In this document: positions 53,495 through 63,225 of the stretch, piece by piece
How positions within the stretch are numbered: position 1 is the stretch's first letter
Layout: each line of letters opens with the position of its first letter
Assembly (NCBI GenBank): GCA_035758565.1
Contig: DASTXL010000002.1
Coordinates: 211,118-275,117 of the forward strand
Direction of reading: 5' to 3'
Origin: Candidatus Saccharimonadales bacterium
Lineage (GTDB): Bacteria > Patescibacteriota > Saccharimonadia > Saccharimonadales > UBA10212
DNA: 64,000 nt
The notes under the pieces: generated by a model
The model's input: only the letters and a program-made list of their open reading frames with translations
The model's database searches: none
Told to the model about the DNA's origin: nothing
Made by a program: the position numbers and the translations under genes

Positions 53495-55273
53495 ATGACT
53501 CAAGACCATATCCGGAATTTTTGCATAATAGCCCATATTGATCACGGCAAGTCGACCTTGGCCGACCGGCTTTTAGAATTAACTAATACGGTGCAGAAGC
53601 GGGAAATGAAGGCTCAGGTGCTCGACAAGATGGAACTGGAGCGGGAGCGGGGAATTACCATCAAACTAGCGCCGGTCCGTATGAAATATAAAGACTACGA
53701 GCTGAATCTAATTGATACGCCCGGGCATGTGGACTTTAGTTATGAAGTCAGCCGCAGCCTAGAGGCGGTTGAAGGAGCCATCCTGGTTGTTGATGCCAGT
53801 CAGGGCATTCAGGCTCAAACACTTGCTAATGTTTACCTGGCTATGGAAGCCGATTTAAAAATTATCCCCGTTATGAACAAGATCGACTTGCCGGCCGCCG
53901 ACCCGGACCGCGTGGCCACTGAAATCATAAGCCTGCTGGGCTGCAAACGCAAAGATATTTTAGAGGTTAGCGCCAAAACCGGGCAGGGCGTAGACATTCT
54001 GTTGGATCAAATCGTGAAGCAGGTTCCAGCCCCAATGGGTAAGCCCGAGGCACCAACCCGAGCGCTAATATTTGATAGCTACTATGACGATTACCGGGGA
54101 GTAATCTTGTATTTGCGCGTAGTCGATGGGCAAATCGCGAAAAATTCGCAGATTAAAATGATGGCCACTGGTGCCACCGGCATTGCCTTGGAAGTTGGAT
54201 CTTTGAGCCCAGAAATGAAACCAGCTGATAAGCTATCGGCTGGCGAAGTCGGCTATATTGTCACGAACCTCAAGACTACGCGTGAGGCTAAGGTTGGCGA
54301 TACGGTGAGCTTAGGTATCCATGGGTCTATTTCACCACTGCCCGGTTATAAAAACGTCACGCCATTTGTTTATGCGGGCTTTTTCCCTGATAGTCACGAA
54401 AACTATCAGTTATTAAAAGACGCCGTGGAGCGACTCAGCTTAAGTGATTCGTCACTGCAGTTCTCTCCGGAAAATTCGCCGGTCTTGGGCTTTGGGTTCC
54501 GCATTGGTTTTCTTGGACTGCTACATATGGACATCGTTCGCGAACGGTTGGAGCGGGAATATAACCTTGAATTAATCGTTACCAATCCGAGTACGGACTA
54601 TAAAGTGACGACTTCTGGTGGCGCCGAACTGGATATTAAATCAGCTGCCGAATTGCCTGATATGAGCGAAGTCGCGGAAATTCGTGAGCCATGGGTCAAA
54701 GGCGAAATCGTGACACCCGGAACTTACGTCGGCGCCATTTTGCAGCTGGTGGTTGGTGCCCGCGGCCGGCAAAAGCACATCAGCTACATGGACAACCTGG
54801 CGGTGATTGATTTTGAGGCGCCGCTGGCCAACCTGCTGACCGATTTTTACGACCAGCTCAAAAGTATAACCAGCGGCTACGGGTCGTTTAATTACGAACT
54901 GGCTGATTATCGGCCCGAAGATCTGGTGCGTCTCGATTTCTACGTGGCCGGCGACCGGGTCGACGCGCTTAGCATTATGACTCATCGAACCGAAGCTGAT
55001 CGCATCGCTCGTTCGGCTGTGGCCAAACTCAAAGAAGTTATTCCGCGTCAAAACTTTAAAGTAGCCCTGCAGGCGGCCATTGGCGGCAAATTTATCGCCC
55101 GCGAAGACCTTAGCGCGTATCGCAAGGATGTTACTTCCGGCCTATACGGTGGCGATGTATCGCGCAAGAAAAAAGTTTTAGCCAAGCAGAAAAAAGGCAA
55201 AGAGCGCATGAAAAGGTTTGGAAAGGTTGATATCCCCGCCGAGGCGTTCGCTGTGATGTTAAAACGGGACTAA
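53495..55273 (+). CDS. lepA: Translation elongation factor 4
   Basis: IRNFCIIAHIDHGKSTLADRL, DTPGHVDF, NKID and the LepA C-terminal domain. Confidence 0.95.
   Translation: MTQDHIRNFCIIAHIDHGKSTLADRLLELTNTVQKREMKAQVLDKMELERERGITIKLAPVRMKYKDYELNLIDTPGHVDFSYEVSRSLEAVEGAILVVDASQGIQAQTLANVYLAMEADLKIIPVMNKIDLPAADPDRVATEIISLLGCKRKDILEVSAKTGQGVDILLDQIVKQVPAPMGKPEAPTRALIFDSYYDDYRGVILYLRVVDGQIAKNSQIKMMATGATGIALEVGSLSPEMKPADKLSAGEVGYIVTNLKTTREAKVGDTVSLGIHGSISPLPGYKNVTPFVYAGFFPDSHENYQLLKDAVERLSLSDSSLQFSPENSPVLGFGFRIGFLGLLHMDIVRERLEREYNLELIVTNPSTDYKVTTSGGAELDIKSAAELPDMSEVAEIREPWVKGEIVTPGTYVGAILQLVVGARGRQKHISYMDNLAVIDFEAPLANLLTDFYDQLKSITSGYGSFNYELADYRPEDLVRLDFYVAGDRVDALSIMTHRTEADRIARSAVAKLKEVIPRQNFKVALQAAIGGKFIAREDLSAYRKDVTSGLYGGDVSRKKKVLAKQKKGKERMKRFGKVDIPAEAFAVMLKRD
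55203..55273 (+). repeat. Direct repeat copy 1: functional lepA 3' end
   Basis: The 56-bp core 55203-55258 matches 55340-55395 at 54/56, followed by a tail that is diverged in nucleotides but nearly conserved in peptide (one K/R change). Confidence 0.85.
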
Positions 55274-55339
55274 CAAGACATAATTTTATGCGTTCTTTCA
55301 ATCGGGGTCCCCGCAAAATTTATTTTGTGGGGTGATAGT

Positions 55340-55410
55340 AGCGCATGAAAAGGTTTGGAAAGGTTGATATTTCCGCCGAGGCGTTCGCTGTGATGCTCCG
55401 CAGAGATTAA
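55340..55410 (+). repeat. Direct repeat copy 2: displaced lepA 3' end fragment
   Basis: Encodes in frame MKRFGKVDISAEAFAVMLRRD*, compared with lepA MKRFGKVDIPAEAFAVMLKRD*. Confidence 0.85.
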
Positions 55411-55436
55411 AAAAATGCTATGATAGCATTAGCGTT

Positions 55437-56672
55437 ATGCCAAAAGCTAAGGAATCGTTGCAACCGTCCACTAAATCTTTGTCGCCGGCTTGGCCCGAGC
55501 GGCATATTATTCACGTTATTTTGCCCTTTATCTTATTGATTATCGTTGTGATAGGCGGGCTATGGTTGGCCAGCCGTGACGATGGCTCTTCTGCGTCGTC
55601 TGGATCACCACACTTAGTTATTGACGACTATAATTCCAGCACTCTATATTTGAGCGACGCTAACGGCAAACAGCAGTACAAGCAGAGCTATCCCAAGTTC
55701 AGTTACTTGAACTTTGAAGCTTCTTCACCCAAAGGCAAAGTGCTTTTGTCGCGCGGCATAACCACCGCTGCCGAGGACTTTTCGATTATTTCTGATGGCA
55801 AGGCGCAGACCTTATCGGCCGCCGCGACTAAAGCTTTGCACCAAGCGATTGTTTTAGACAACTCTCATCATTCTTTCTTCTTAGGCGAAGATAACTTGGT
55901 TTACGTGACCTGCCCGCAGACCGGCACCTGCAAACTTATGAATCTTGATTTATCTAGTAACCAAGCTAAGCAAGTTATCGATACGGGTGCTAAGCCAGCA
56001 TTCACCGGTCTGCCACCGATTTATCCGCTGGGTGTGAGTAGCGATGACAAAACTATTTATCTTAGAACAACGGTGGATAACAAACTCGGCAAAACGGCCG
56101 CCGCCGTTTATGCCGTAGACTCAAAGGGCAAAGTATCGAACAGCTGGTCGATGCCGCGCAATGCCGACTACACTCCAGTGCTTTCGCCAGATACCAAACA
56201 AATTGTCTATAAAATCAGCGGATCTATAACTGAGGCCAAATCTGGCATAAGCATCAGTATCCTAAACTTAAGCAACAATAAGACGTCTACTGCCAAATGG
56301 ACGGGCGGCGAAATTTCTGACACGCCAGATTCGCTTGTTTGGTCACCGGACAGCAGAAAAGTTTTGATTGTTGGCTCCAATGCCTTATTGCCTGGCGCGC
56401 AAACTACTTCGACATATGATGTTAACTTTGGATATTTAGATGCGGCTAGTAATCAGATAACCAAACTTCCATCTGTTAAAGATTCTACCCATCACCAAGT
56501 AGTTAATCCCGCTTGGCTTAACGACGATGCGGTTGTTTATGAACAAGATACCTCAACCAAAGCTAATGACTTTTCTAACCCTCAGGTCCAAATTGACAAA
56601 CTAAGCTTGGGCGGCAACGTTAGCCAAATCAAAACTCCAGCTGGTGAGCTTAAAGCGACTATCTTCTACTAA
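55437..56672 (+). CDS. Membrane-anchored PD40/TolB-like beta-propeller protein (hypothetical)
   Basis: N-terminal TM helix. LSPDTKQIVYK and WSPDSRKVLIVG repeats. Confidence 0.55.
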   Translation: MPKAKESLQPSTKSLSPAWPERHIIHVILPFILLIIVVIGGLWLASRDDGSSASSGSPHLVIDDYNSSTLYLSDANGKQQYKQSYPKFSYLNFEASSPKGKVLLSRGITTAAEDFSIISDGKAQTLSAAATKALHQAIVLDNSHHSFFLGEDNLVYVTCPQTGTCKLMNLDLSSNQAKQVIDTGAKPAFTGLPPIYPLGVSSDDKTIYLRTTVDNKLGKTAAAVYAVDSKGKVSNSWSMPRNADYTPVLSPDTKQIVYKISGSITEAKSGISISILNLSNNKTSTAKWTGGEISDTPDSLVWSPDSRKVLIVGSNALLPGAQTTSTYDVNFGYLDAASNQITKLPSVKDSTHHQVVNPAWLNDDAVVYEQDTSTKANDFSNPQVQIDKLSLGGNVSQIKTPAGELKATIFY

Positions 56673-57273
56673 ATTCATCCAGACCGGCGATAATTGCCGC
56701 GGTGACCTCGTCGCGCGGGGTTGTGCCGTCTACTTCTATTAACAGTCCTTGGTTACGGTAAAAGTCGACTACTGGCAGAGTTTTTTCGCGGTACTCTTGC
56801 AAACGGATCTGTAAAGATTCCAGCGTATCATCGGCACGTAAACCATGGCTTTCGCGGGGCGGGGCCACTTCCCAGCGTTGCCAGACTTCAGCCTCTTCCA
56901 TCTTTAGGTGCACAACGGCCCGCAGGGAATGATTAGACGCCGCCATGGCCTCTAAAAAGCCTGCTTCTTCGCCGTGCCAACGGCCAACCGAGCTCAGAAT
57001 TAAAGGCTTGCCTCTAAAATCATTCTTCTTTAAGTAAGGCAGCACAATCTCTAGATAATCTTCGGTAGGCACTAGCTTACCGGCATGCATCAGTTCTTTT
57101 ACATGCTCAGGGATTTCGCTGCCACGCAAGATATCTCCACCCCCCAGCAATACGCCGCCAAGCAGTTCGGCTAACTTTTTGCCTTGGGTGTCTTTGCCGG
57201 TGAACGGTCGACCGAAAATATTTACCGAACCTTCACCGAGCCAGTCTTTTATATTTTGTATTTGCTTTTCCAT
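56659..57273 (-). CDS. Adenylate-kinase-family nucleotide kinase (divergent P-loop)
   Basis: IFGRPFTGKDTQGKKLAELLG compared with Adk GPPGAGKGTQ. GDILRG and LVPTEDYL. 204 aa. Confidence 0.55.
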   Translation of the reverse strand: MEKQIQNIKDWLGEGSVNIFGRPFTGKDTQGKKLAELLGGVLLGGGDILRGSEIPEHVKELMHAGKLVPTEDYLEIVLPYLKKNDFRGKPLILSSVGRWHGEEAGFLEAMAASNHSLRAVVHLKMEEAEVWQRWEVAPPRESHGLRADDTLESLQIRLQEYREKTLPVVDFYRNQGLLIEVDGTTPRDEVTAAIIAGLDEFSRR

Positions 57274-57302
57274 TTATTAACTATAGCAGCCGGCTAGAAG
57301 TC

Positions 57303-57881
57303 GTGCCACGGCAAAACGCTTGCGCTTATAAGCGAGCAGGACTATTGTTAGAAATTATGAGGCCGTTACGAGCAGAGTCTGCTGCTCCCTGGATGCTTTC
57401 GCCGGAAGAAAAACGCTACCGGGAGGCTCGCCGTCACCCGACCGCTCTTGAGCTGCAAAGGCCCCTCCCGAGGCAGCGGTTACTGGCGACTCAAGCGTGC
57501 TTGGAATTAACAAAGCAACTTGCCGACGAAGATCCGACCATAACAAAATTAGCTGATCAAGGTATATTTATTTGGCCCGAAACAGAATTCAACGGCGTAG
57601 GAATGCATCTCAAAATGGAGCACGGTCGAAGCTTTGAGGCAAAAGCCCGAGTGGGTTTGAGCGAAGAAGGAATAGATCGAATATTCATGGAGTGGAAAGA
57701 CTCCGGCACTACTGTCGAACTAGTATTGCCAGATTCCGGTTCGGCTCCGCCTCAGGCCCTGCTTTTTTGCCTGGACGCCATAGCTGAAACCGAGTTGGCT
57801 ATCGAAAGATCCAGTCGAGTTTATACGGGCGTTCACTATTTAAACTTAACTCGAGATCCGGCCCACAGAACTTATTACTAG
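57303..57881 (+). CDS. Hypothetical protein (start uncertain; ATG 57357 possible)
   Basis: 192-aa ORF. Confidence 0.5.
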   Translation: MPRQNACAYKRAGLLLEIMRPLRAESAAPWMLSPEEKRYREARRHPTALELQRPLPRQRLLATQACLELTKQLADEDPTITKLADQGIFIWPETEFNGVGMHLKMEHGRSFEAKARVGLSEEGIDRIFMEWKDSGTTVELVLPDSGSAPPQALLFCLDAIAETELAIERSSRVYTGVHYLNLTRDPAHRTYY

Positions 57882-58011
57882 CACTCTTGACCGCGCAGAA
57901 ACTCGCCCTTTATGACAAAGCCTCGAAAAATATTCTCGGCTTTTGTCCTTACGGGCGGTTTCTGCTTCCCCTAAGCTTTATTCTCAAAGCTTAGGGACCC
58001 TTGTAGCAGTC

Positions 58012-58040
58012 TTGACACACAATTGCTAAAAAAGTAAACT
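58012..58040 (+). promoter_or_regulatory. hrcA operon promoter
   Basis: TTGACA (58012-58017), 17-nt spacer, TAAACT (58035-58040). Confidence 0.65.
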
Positions 58041-58065
58041 GGCACTCAGAAGGGTAGAGTGCTAA
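58039..58065 (+). promoter_or_regulatory. CIRCE operator (HrcA binding site)
   Basis: CTGGCACTC-AGAAGGGTA-GAGTGCTAA compared with consensus TTAGCACTC-N9-GAGTGCTAA. Abuts the hrcA ATG. Confidence 0.85.
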
Positions 58066-58767
58066 ATGACCCCAAGACAAGAAAAAATATTACAGGCCAT
58101 AGTTGAACAATATGCCGAAGTCGCCGCTCCGGTAGGTTCAAGTTTGCTTGCCAAGGCTTTTGATGTGTCTAGCGCTACCATACGTGCCGAGATGGCCGAG
58201 CTGGAACGTTTGGGTTATATCCATCAACCGCACACCAGTGCCGGCCGCGTGCCGACCGACAAGGGCTATCGTTATTATGTAAACTCCCTCAGTGAATCTC
58301 ACTTGAGTGATTCACCGGGCGCGCAACGGGCGTTGACCGCACGCGTACAGTCGGCTGGCGCAGCCGATCAAACTATCCGCAATGCCGTGGATACTCTAGT
58401 GGAACTAACTCACAACCTTGGCCTGGCCACCATTGGCGACCAGTTCTATATGAGTGGCCTTTCTAATTTGTTTGGCCAGCCTGAATTTATGCATCCTGGC
58501 CAGGTTCAAGAAGTTGCTCGCTTGCTAGATAATCTGCAGCCCTGGCTTTACGAAGCCGCCCCCAACAAACCACTTTCTGTTTACATCGGGCAGGAAAATC
58601 CAATCGGCCGCAGTGCCGGTGCCAGCTTAATTATCAGCCGGTTCCGCAGTCCGTTTTCTGATAGAAGCTACATCGGCGTCTTAGGCCCGACCCGCCAAAG
58701 CTATCGTGATGTGATGAGCCTGGTTGGCCGCGCCGGCCGCGCCCTGGAGGAAACGCTTTATGTCTAA
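58066..58767 (+). CDS. hrcA: Heat-inducible transcription repressor HrcA (short form, 233 aa)
   Basis: RQEKILQAIVEQYAEVAAPVGSSLLAKAFDVSSATIRAEMAELERLGYIHQPHTSAGRVPTDKGYRYYV. Confidence 0.85.
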   Translation: MTPRQEKILQAIVEQYAEVAAPVGSSLLAKAFDVSSATIRAEMAELERLGYIHQPHTSAGRVPTDKGYRYYVNSLSESHLSDSPGAQRALTARVQSAGAADQTIRNAVDTLVELTHNLGLATIGDQFYMSGLSNLFGQPEFMHPGQVQEVARLLDNLQPWLYEAAPNKPLSVYIGQENPIGRSAGASLIISRFRSPFSDRSYIGVLGPTRQSYRDVMSLVGRAGRALEETLYV

Positions 58768-59224
58768 AAACCCGACGGTCTCTGAACTTGAGCAAAAAAT
58801 CGCCGAACTGACCGAGGCGCTGCAGCGCGAGCGGGCTGATGCAATTAATGTTCGCCGCCGCACAGAAGAAGAGCGAATCCAAATGGCGGGATTTTACAAA
58901 GCGATGGTTGTACGTGAACTCTTGCCAGCGCTGGACAACTTAGAACGCGCCTTGAAACATGCGCCTAAGGATCTGACTGAGCATGATTATGTTAAAGGCG
59001 TGCAGGGCGTAGTCAAGCAGTTCGACTCAGTGCTAAATTCGCTTGGCGTAGAGCGCATCAAAACTGTCGGCGAAGTTTTTGATCCCAAACTGCACGAGGC
59101 TGTGCATATGGAAGATGGCGACGGCAACGTTGAAATTGTTTGCGAGGAACTTCAACCCGGCTACAAACTTGGCGATGAAATCATCCGCCACGCCATGGTC
59201 AAAGTAAAGATGGAGAAGGAGTAA
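58760..59224 (+). CDS. grpE: Nucleotide exchange factor GrpE
   Basis: ATG 58760 overlaps the hrcA stop. RERADAINVRRRTEEE ... LLPALDNLERAL ... GEVFDPKLHEAV ... GYKLGDEIIRHAMVKV. Confidence 0.9.
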   Translation: MSKNPTVSELEQKIAELTEALQRERADAINVRRRTEEERIQMAGFYKAMVVRELLPALDNLERALKHAPKDLTEHDYVKGVQGVVKQFDSVLNSLGVERIKTVGEVFDPKLHEAVHMEDGDGNVEIVCEELQPGYKLGDEIIRHAMVKVKMEKE

Positions 59225-59445
59225 TGGAGAGGAAAATTCAGATACGAGATTGGGCGGCAGAATTAAAGCGAGCGGAAGAGTCGGGAGATGATGATGAATA
59301 CTACGGATTGATTCTTCAAGCTCAGCAAACTGGTTTGCCTGAAGAGGAAATTTTAAACTTGATAAATGTCGACAACAGAAAAATTAGCGATCTGGACCTT
59401 GCTGACGATCCAGCCTGGCAACGATTAATTGAAAAGGAGGAATAA
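59224..59445 (+). CDS. Small acidic protein inserted between grpE and dnaK (hypothetical)
   Basis: 73 aa with TAATG junctions at both ends. Confidence 0.55.
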   Translation: MERKIQIRDWAAELKRAEESGDDDEYYGLILQAQQTGLPEEEILNLINVDNRKISDLDLADDPAWQRLIEKEE

Positions 59446-61349
59446 TGGCAAAGATTATTGGAATCGATTTAGGAACGACTAATAGCGCGATGGCGGTAAT
59501 GCAGTCCGGCAAGCCGGAAATCATCGCTAATTCCGAGGGCAATCGCACAACGCCAAGCGTAGTTGCGATTAATAAAAACGGCGAGCGTTTAGTTGGCCAA
59601 GTGGCCAATCGTCAGCGCGTCACCAATCCGACCAACACGATCTTTGGCGTCAAACGTCTGATTGGCCGCAAGTTCGAAGATAAAGAAGTCCAGCGCGACA
59701 TCGAGCTGATGCCTTATAAGATCGTTAAAAGCGGCAGTGGCGTAAAAGTCACCATGGCCGATAAAGATTACAGTCCTGAGGAAGTCAGCGCTATGATTCT
59801 ATCTAAGCTCAAAGCCGATGCAGAGAGCTTCTTAGGCGAGCCAGTCACCGAAGCCGTGATTACAGTGCCCGCTTATTTTGACGACGCCCAACGTCAGGCC
59901 ACCAAAGATGCTGGTAAAATTGCCGGCCTGGAAGTTAAGCGTATTATCAACGAGCCAACCGCAGCTGCCTTAGCTTATGGTCTAGATAAAGCCAAAGAAG
60001 AAAAGATTGCCGTCTTCGACCTTGGCGGCGGTACTTTTGACGTTTCAATTCTCCAGCTTGGAGATGGTGTTTTTGAAGTTCTTTCGACAAACGGCGATAC
60101 TCACCTCGGCGGCGAAGACTTCGATCTTAGGATCGTCAATCACTTCGTAGAAGAGTTCAAAAAGGAATCCGGTATTGACGTCAAAGACGACAAGGCTGCT
60201 ATGCAGCGTCTTAAAGAAGAGGCCGAAAAGGCCAAGAAAGAACTGTCTACAACCGAGACGGCCGACATCAATCTGCCGTTCCTAACCGCTGACGCCGAAG
60301 GCCCGAAGCACTTTGAATATAAATTGACCCGCGCCAAGCTGGTTGAGTTGGTCCAAGATCTGATTGATGCGACTGCCGAACCGGTCAAAAAGGCTTTGAA
60401 AGACGCCAAATTAGACGCGAAAGACGTTAACGAAATTGTTTTGGTCGGCGGTATGACCCGTATGCCAGCCGTGATCGAAAAGGTTAAAAGCATCTTTGGC
60501 AAAGACCCATTGCAAGGTGTTAACCCAGACGAAGTTGTTGCCGTAGGTGCCGCCATTCAGGGAGGCGTGTTACAGGGCGATGTTAAAGACGTTCTACTGC
60601 TTGATGTGACTCCGCTTTCTTTAGGTATTGAAACTCTGGGCGGCGTCACTACCAAACTGATCGAACGCAATACAACTATTCCAACCAGTAAGAACGAAAC
60701 GTTCAGCACGGCTGCCGATAATCAAAGCAGTGTAGAAATCCACGTTTTGCAGGGCGAGCGCGAAATGGCCGCCGACAACAAGAGTCTTGGCCGCTTTGTG
60801 CTCGACGGCATCCCGCCGGCCCCGCGCGGCGTTCCGCAGATCGAAGTTACCTTTAACATCGACGCTAACGGTATTTTGAACGTTACCGCCAAAGATAAAG
60901 GCAGCGGCAAAGAGCAGTCCATCACTATCCAAGGTAGCGGTAATCTCGATAAAGACGAGGTAGAAAAGGCCGCCAAAGAAGCCGAAGCGCACGCCGAAGA
61001 AGATAAGAAAAAGCGCGAGGCTATCGAGGCCAAGAACCAGCTCGAAAGCTCAATCTACCAAGCCGATAAAATGAAGTCTGACTACAAAGACAAGATCAGT
61101 GAAGACGATGTAAAGGCGATCGACTCTGCAGTCGAAGAGGCCAAGAAACACCTGGAAGCCACCGACAAAGAAGAGCTAGAGGCTGCCGCTAAGGCCTTGA
61201 CTGATGCAATCATGCCAATTGGCGCCAAGATGTACGAACAAGCTGAAAAAGGCGAGTCCACCGAAGAAAAATCCGACGACAAGAAACAATCCGATAAGGA
61301 AGAACCGATTGAAGGCGAAGTCGTCGACGACGACAAGAAAGAAGACTAA
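59445..61349 (+). CDS. dnaK: Molecular chaperone DnaK (Hsp70)
   Basis: [30 protein letters not shown]. 634 aa. Confidence 0.97.
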   Translation: MAKIIGIDLGTTNSAMAVMQSGKPEIIANSEGNRTTPSVVAINKNGERLVGQVANRQRVTNPTNTIFGVKRLIGRKFEDKEVQRDIELMPYKIVKSGSGVKVTMADKDYSPEEVSAMILSKLKADAESFLGEPVTEAVITVPAYFDDAQRQATKDAGKIAGLEVKRIINEPTAAALAYGLDKAKEEKIAVFDLGGGTFDVSILQLGDGVFEVLSTNGDTHLGGEDFDLRIVNHFVEEFKKESGIDVKDDKAAMQRLKEEAEKAKKELSTTETADINLPFLTADAEGPKHFEYKLTRAKLVELVQDLIDATAEPVKKALKDAKLDAKDVNEIVLVGGMTRMPAVIEKVKSIFGKDPLQGVNPDEVVAVGAAIQGGVLQGDVKDVLLLDVTPLSLGIETLGGVTTKLIERNTTIPTSKNETFSTAADNQSSVEIHVLQGEREMAADNKSLGRFVLDGIPPAPRGVPQIEVTFNIDANGILNVTAKDKGSGKEQSITIQGSGNLDKDEVEKAAKEAEAHAEEDKKKREAIEAKNQLESSIYQADKMKSDYKDKISEDDVKAIDSAVEEAKKHLEATDKEELEAAAKALTDAIMPIGAKMYEQAEKGESTEEKSDDKKQSDKEEPIEGEVVDDDKKED

Positions 61350-61505
61350 GTGAAGCCAGCCAACTTTCTGCGCTATGTGCTGCTGCCAATAGCGGCGCTA
61401 GCCGCGGGAGTTAAGCTAGGTTTCAAATACTCACAAGATCATTACGTGGTTCGCGATAAAAAGTTTATCGAAGGTAAAGTAGTAAATAAGGATAGAATAG
61501 ACTAA
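61350..61505 (+). CDS. Small single-TM protein (51 aa, GTG start) between dnaK and orf170
   Basis: GTG immediately follows the dnaK stop, and its stop overlaps the next ATG (TAATG). MKPANFLRYVLLPIAALAAGVKLGFKYSQDHYVVRDKKFIEGKVVNKDRID. Confidence 0.45.
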   Translation: MKPANFLRYVLLPIAALAAGVKLGFKYSQDHYVVRDKKFIEGKVVNKDRID

Positions 61506-62017
61506 TGCCCGAAAGAGACAGGCAAACTTTTACCGAACAGCTAGAAGTTGCTTCGCATGTGGATCGGCTGACTTTTTATGCCCACGATATCCTGGCGGAC
61601 GCAGCTGTCTTCGCGGCCCTTTATCACGGATGCATTGCCGGCGTCGCCCGCGAGTACAAAGATAATGTAGTTGTTGATGGAGTTCACTACGGACTAACGG
61701 TTAGCGAATTTGGCTTGCCTCGTGGCACAGGCGAACATTTCGTAGAAGATTTTGGAGAAATTTCCGTAGAAAGGCATCCGCTTATGTCTACTGGCGGCAA
61801 ATTTGTAGTCCATACTGCCAGGTGGGGCATCAACAGTCTGCCAGATGCCGAATGGGTGGGCCGCCGGGTGGATGGTACCAATTGGTTCGGGCGCTATAAA
61901 AAGGGTAGGCTAATCGAAAAATCGTACCCTGGCGCTCTAGCCGGCCAAGAGTGGATTGCTAAAACACTCAAAGCCACCGGCAAAGTAGAGGAGGATGGGC
62001 TTGATGGCAAAGCGTGA
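61505..62017 (+). CDS. Hypothetical 170-aa protein between dnaK and dnaJ
   Basis: ORF with ordinary composition and no motif recognised. Confidence 0.6.
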   Translation: MPERDRQTFTEQLEVASHVDRLTFYAHDILADAAVFAALYHGCIAGVAREYKDNVVVDGVHYGLTVSEFGLPRGTGEHFVEDFGEISVERHPLMSTGGKFVVHTARWGINSLPDAEWVGRRVDGTNWFGRYKKGRLIEKSYPGALAGQEWIAKTLKATGKVEEDGLDGKA

Positions 62018-62115
62018 TTATTACCCCAGCACTAAAAACTTGATGTTTCGCAATCTGATTGCAGACTGCTTCGCTCAGGTTTTAGTGCGGGGCAGGCGAA
62101 GTTTTGGAGGGGCAA

Positions 62116-63225
62116 GTGACTAAAAGAGACTACTACGAGGTACTTGGTGTACCTAAAGGCGCTAGCGCCGACGAAATCAAGAAGGCATTTCGCCGTTTAG
62201 CCGTGCAGCACCACCCTGACCGTGGTGGCGACGAAGAAAAATTCAAAGAGGTCAACGAAGCCTACGAAGTCTTAAAAGATGAATCTAAGCGCAAGCGCTA
62301 CGATCAGTTCGGTCACGCCGGCGTAGGTTCAAGCGCGGCCAGCGACGGCAACCCATTCGGTAGCGGATTCGGCGGCTTTAATGCAGAGAACATGAACTTT
62401 GACTTTGGCGATCTTGGTCTGGGCGATATTTTCGGTAGTTTTTTTGGCGGCCAACAGGGTGGCGGCCGATCCCAACAGCGCAACCGTGGGCGCGATGTAG
62501 AAACAGATATAGAAATCAGTTTTGAACAAGCGGTGTTTGGTACAGAAGTAGATCTAAGACTTGATATCGAAGATGTTTGCGAACATTGCAAAGGCACCCG
62601 TACCGAACCCGGCTACGAACTGAAAACCTGCGATAATTGTAAAGGCAGCGGCCAAGTTACTAATGTCATGCGCACCGTTTTTGGCAACATTCAGCAGGCC
62701 GCGCCGTGTCCAGTCTGCAAAGGTCGTGGCAAAATCCCAGAAAAAGAATGCAGTGTTTGCCGCGGAGCTGGCACTAAACGCAAAACTCAAACCATTGCTC
62801 TGAAGGTTCCGGCGGGCATTGATGATGGCGCGGTGATTCGTTTGCGTGAACACGGCGAAGCGATCGCCGAAGGCCCCAAGGGTGATCTTTATGTAAATAT
62901 TCGCGTCAAACCACACAAAAAATTCACCCGTGAAGGCGACCTGATTTTATCTAACGAGCACGTCAGCATGGTAGATGCCGCATTGGGGGCGGAGGTAGAG
63001 GTAGAAACCGTTGACGGCCTGGTTCGCATGAAGGTTCCAGCGGGTACCCAGAGCGGCAGCGATTTTAAGCTATCTGGCCACGGCGTGCCGCACATGAATA
63101 AATCTAGCCGCGGTGCTCACATTGTGACAATTTTAGTAGATACGCCAACCAAGCTAACCAAAGTACAAAAAGAACTGCTAGAAGACTTACGCGATCAGAG
63201 CGGCAAAAAACGGTTTGGTCTCTAG
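62116..63225 (+). CDS. dnaJ: Molecular chaperone DnaJ
   Basis: GGAGGGG precedes GTG 62116. J domain with HPDR, G/F-rich linker, four CxxCxGxG zinc motifs. Confidence 0.93.
   Translation: MTKRDYYEVLGVPKGASADEIKKAFRRLAVQHHPDRGGDEEKFKEVNEAYEVLKDESKRKRYDQFGHAGVGSSAASDGNPFGSGFGGFNAENMNFDFGDLGLGDIFGSFFGGQQGGGRSQQRNRGRDVETDIEISFEQAVFGTEVDLRLDIEDVCEHCKGTRTEPGYELKTCDNCKGSGQVTNVMRTVFGNIQQAAPCPVCKGRGKIPEKECSVCRGAGTKRKTQTIALKVPAGIDDGAVIRLREHGEAIAEGPKGDLYVNIRVKPHKKFTREGDLILSNEHVSMVDAALGAEVEVETVDGLVRMKVPAGTQSGSDFKLSGHGVPHMNKSSRGAHIVTILVDTPTKLTKVQKELLEDLRDQSGKKRFGL

Noticed and set aside
51868-57311. Exact 14-mer AAGTCGTGCCACGG at 51868-51881 (inside the murJ start region) and at 57298-57311, each followed by a GCGCTTA-containing hairpin.
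   Set aside because: A handful of exact 14-mer repeats are expected by chance in a window of this size. One copy lies in coding sequence. I see no further shared context.
59384-63095. Antisense ORFs within dnaK and dnaJ (60140-60556, 60621-61033, 61082-61336, 62313-62916).
   Set aside because: These are mirror frames of highly expressed, strongly supported chaperone genes, with low-complexity Ser/Ala/Leu products.
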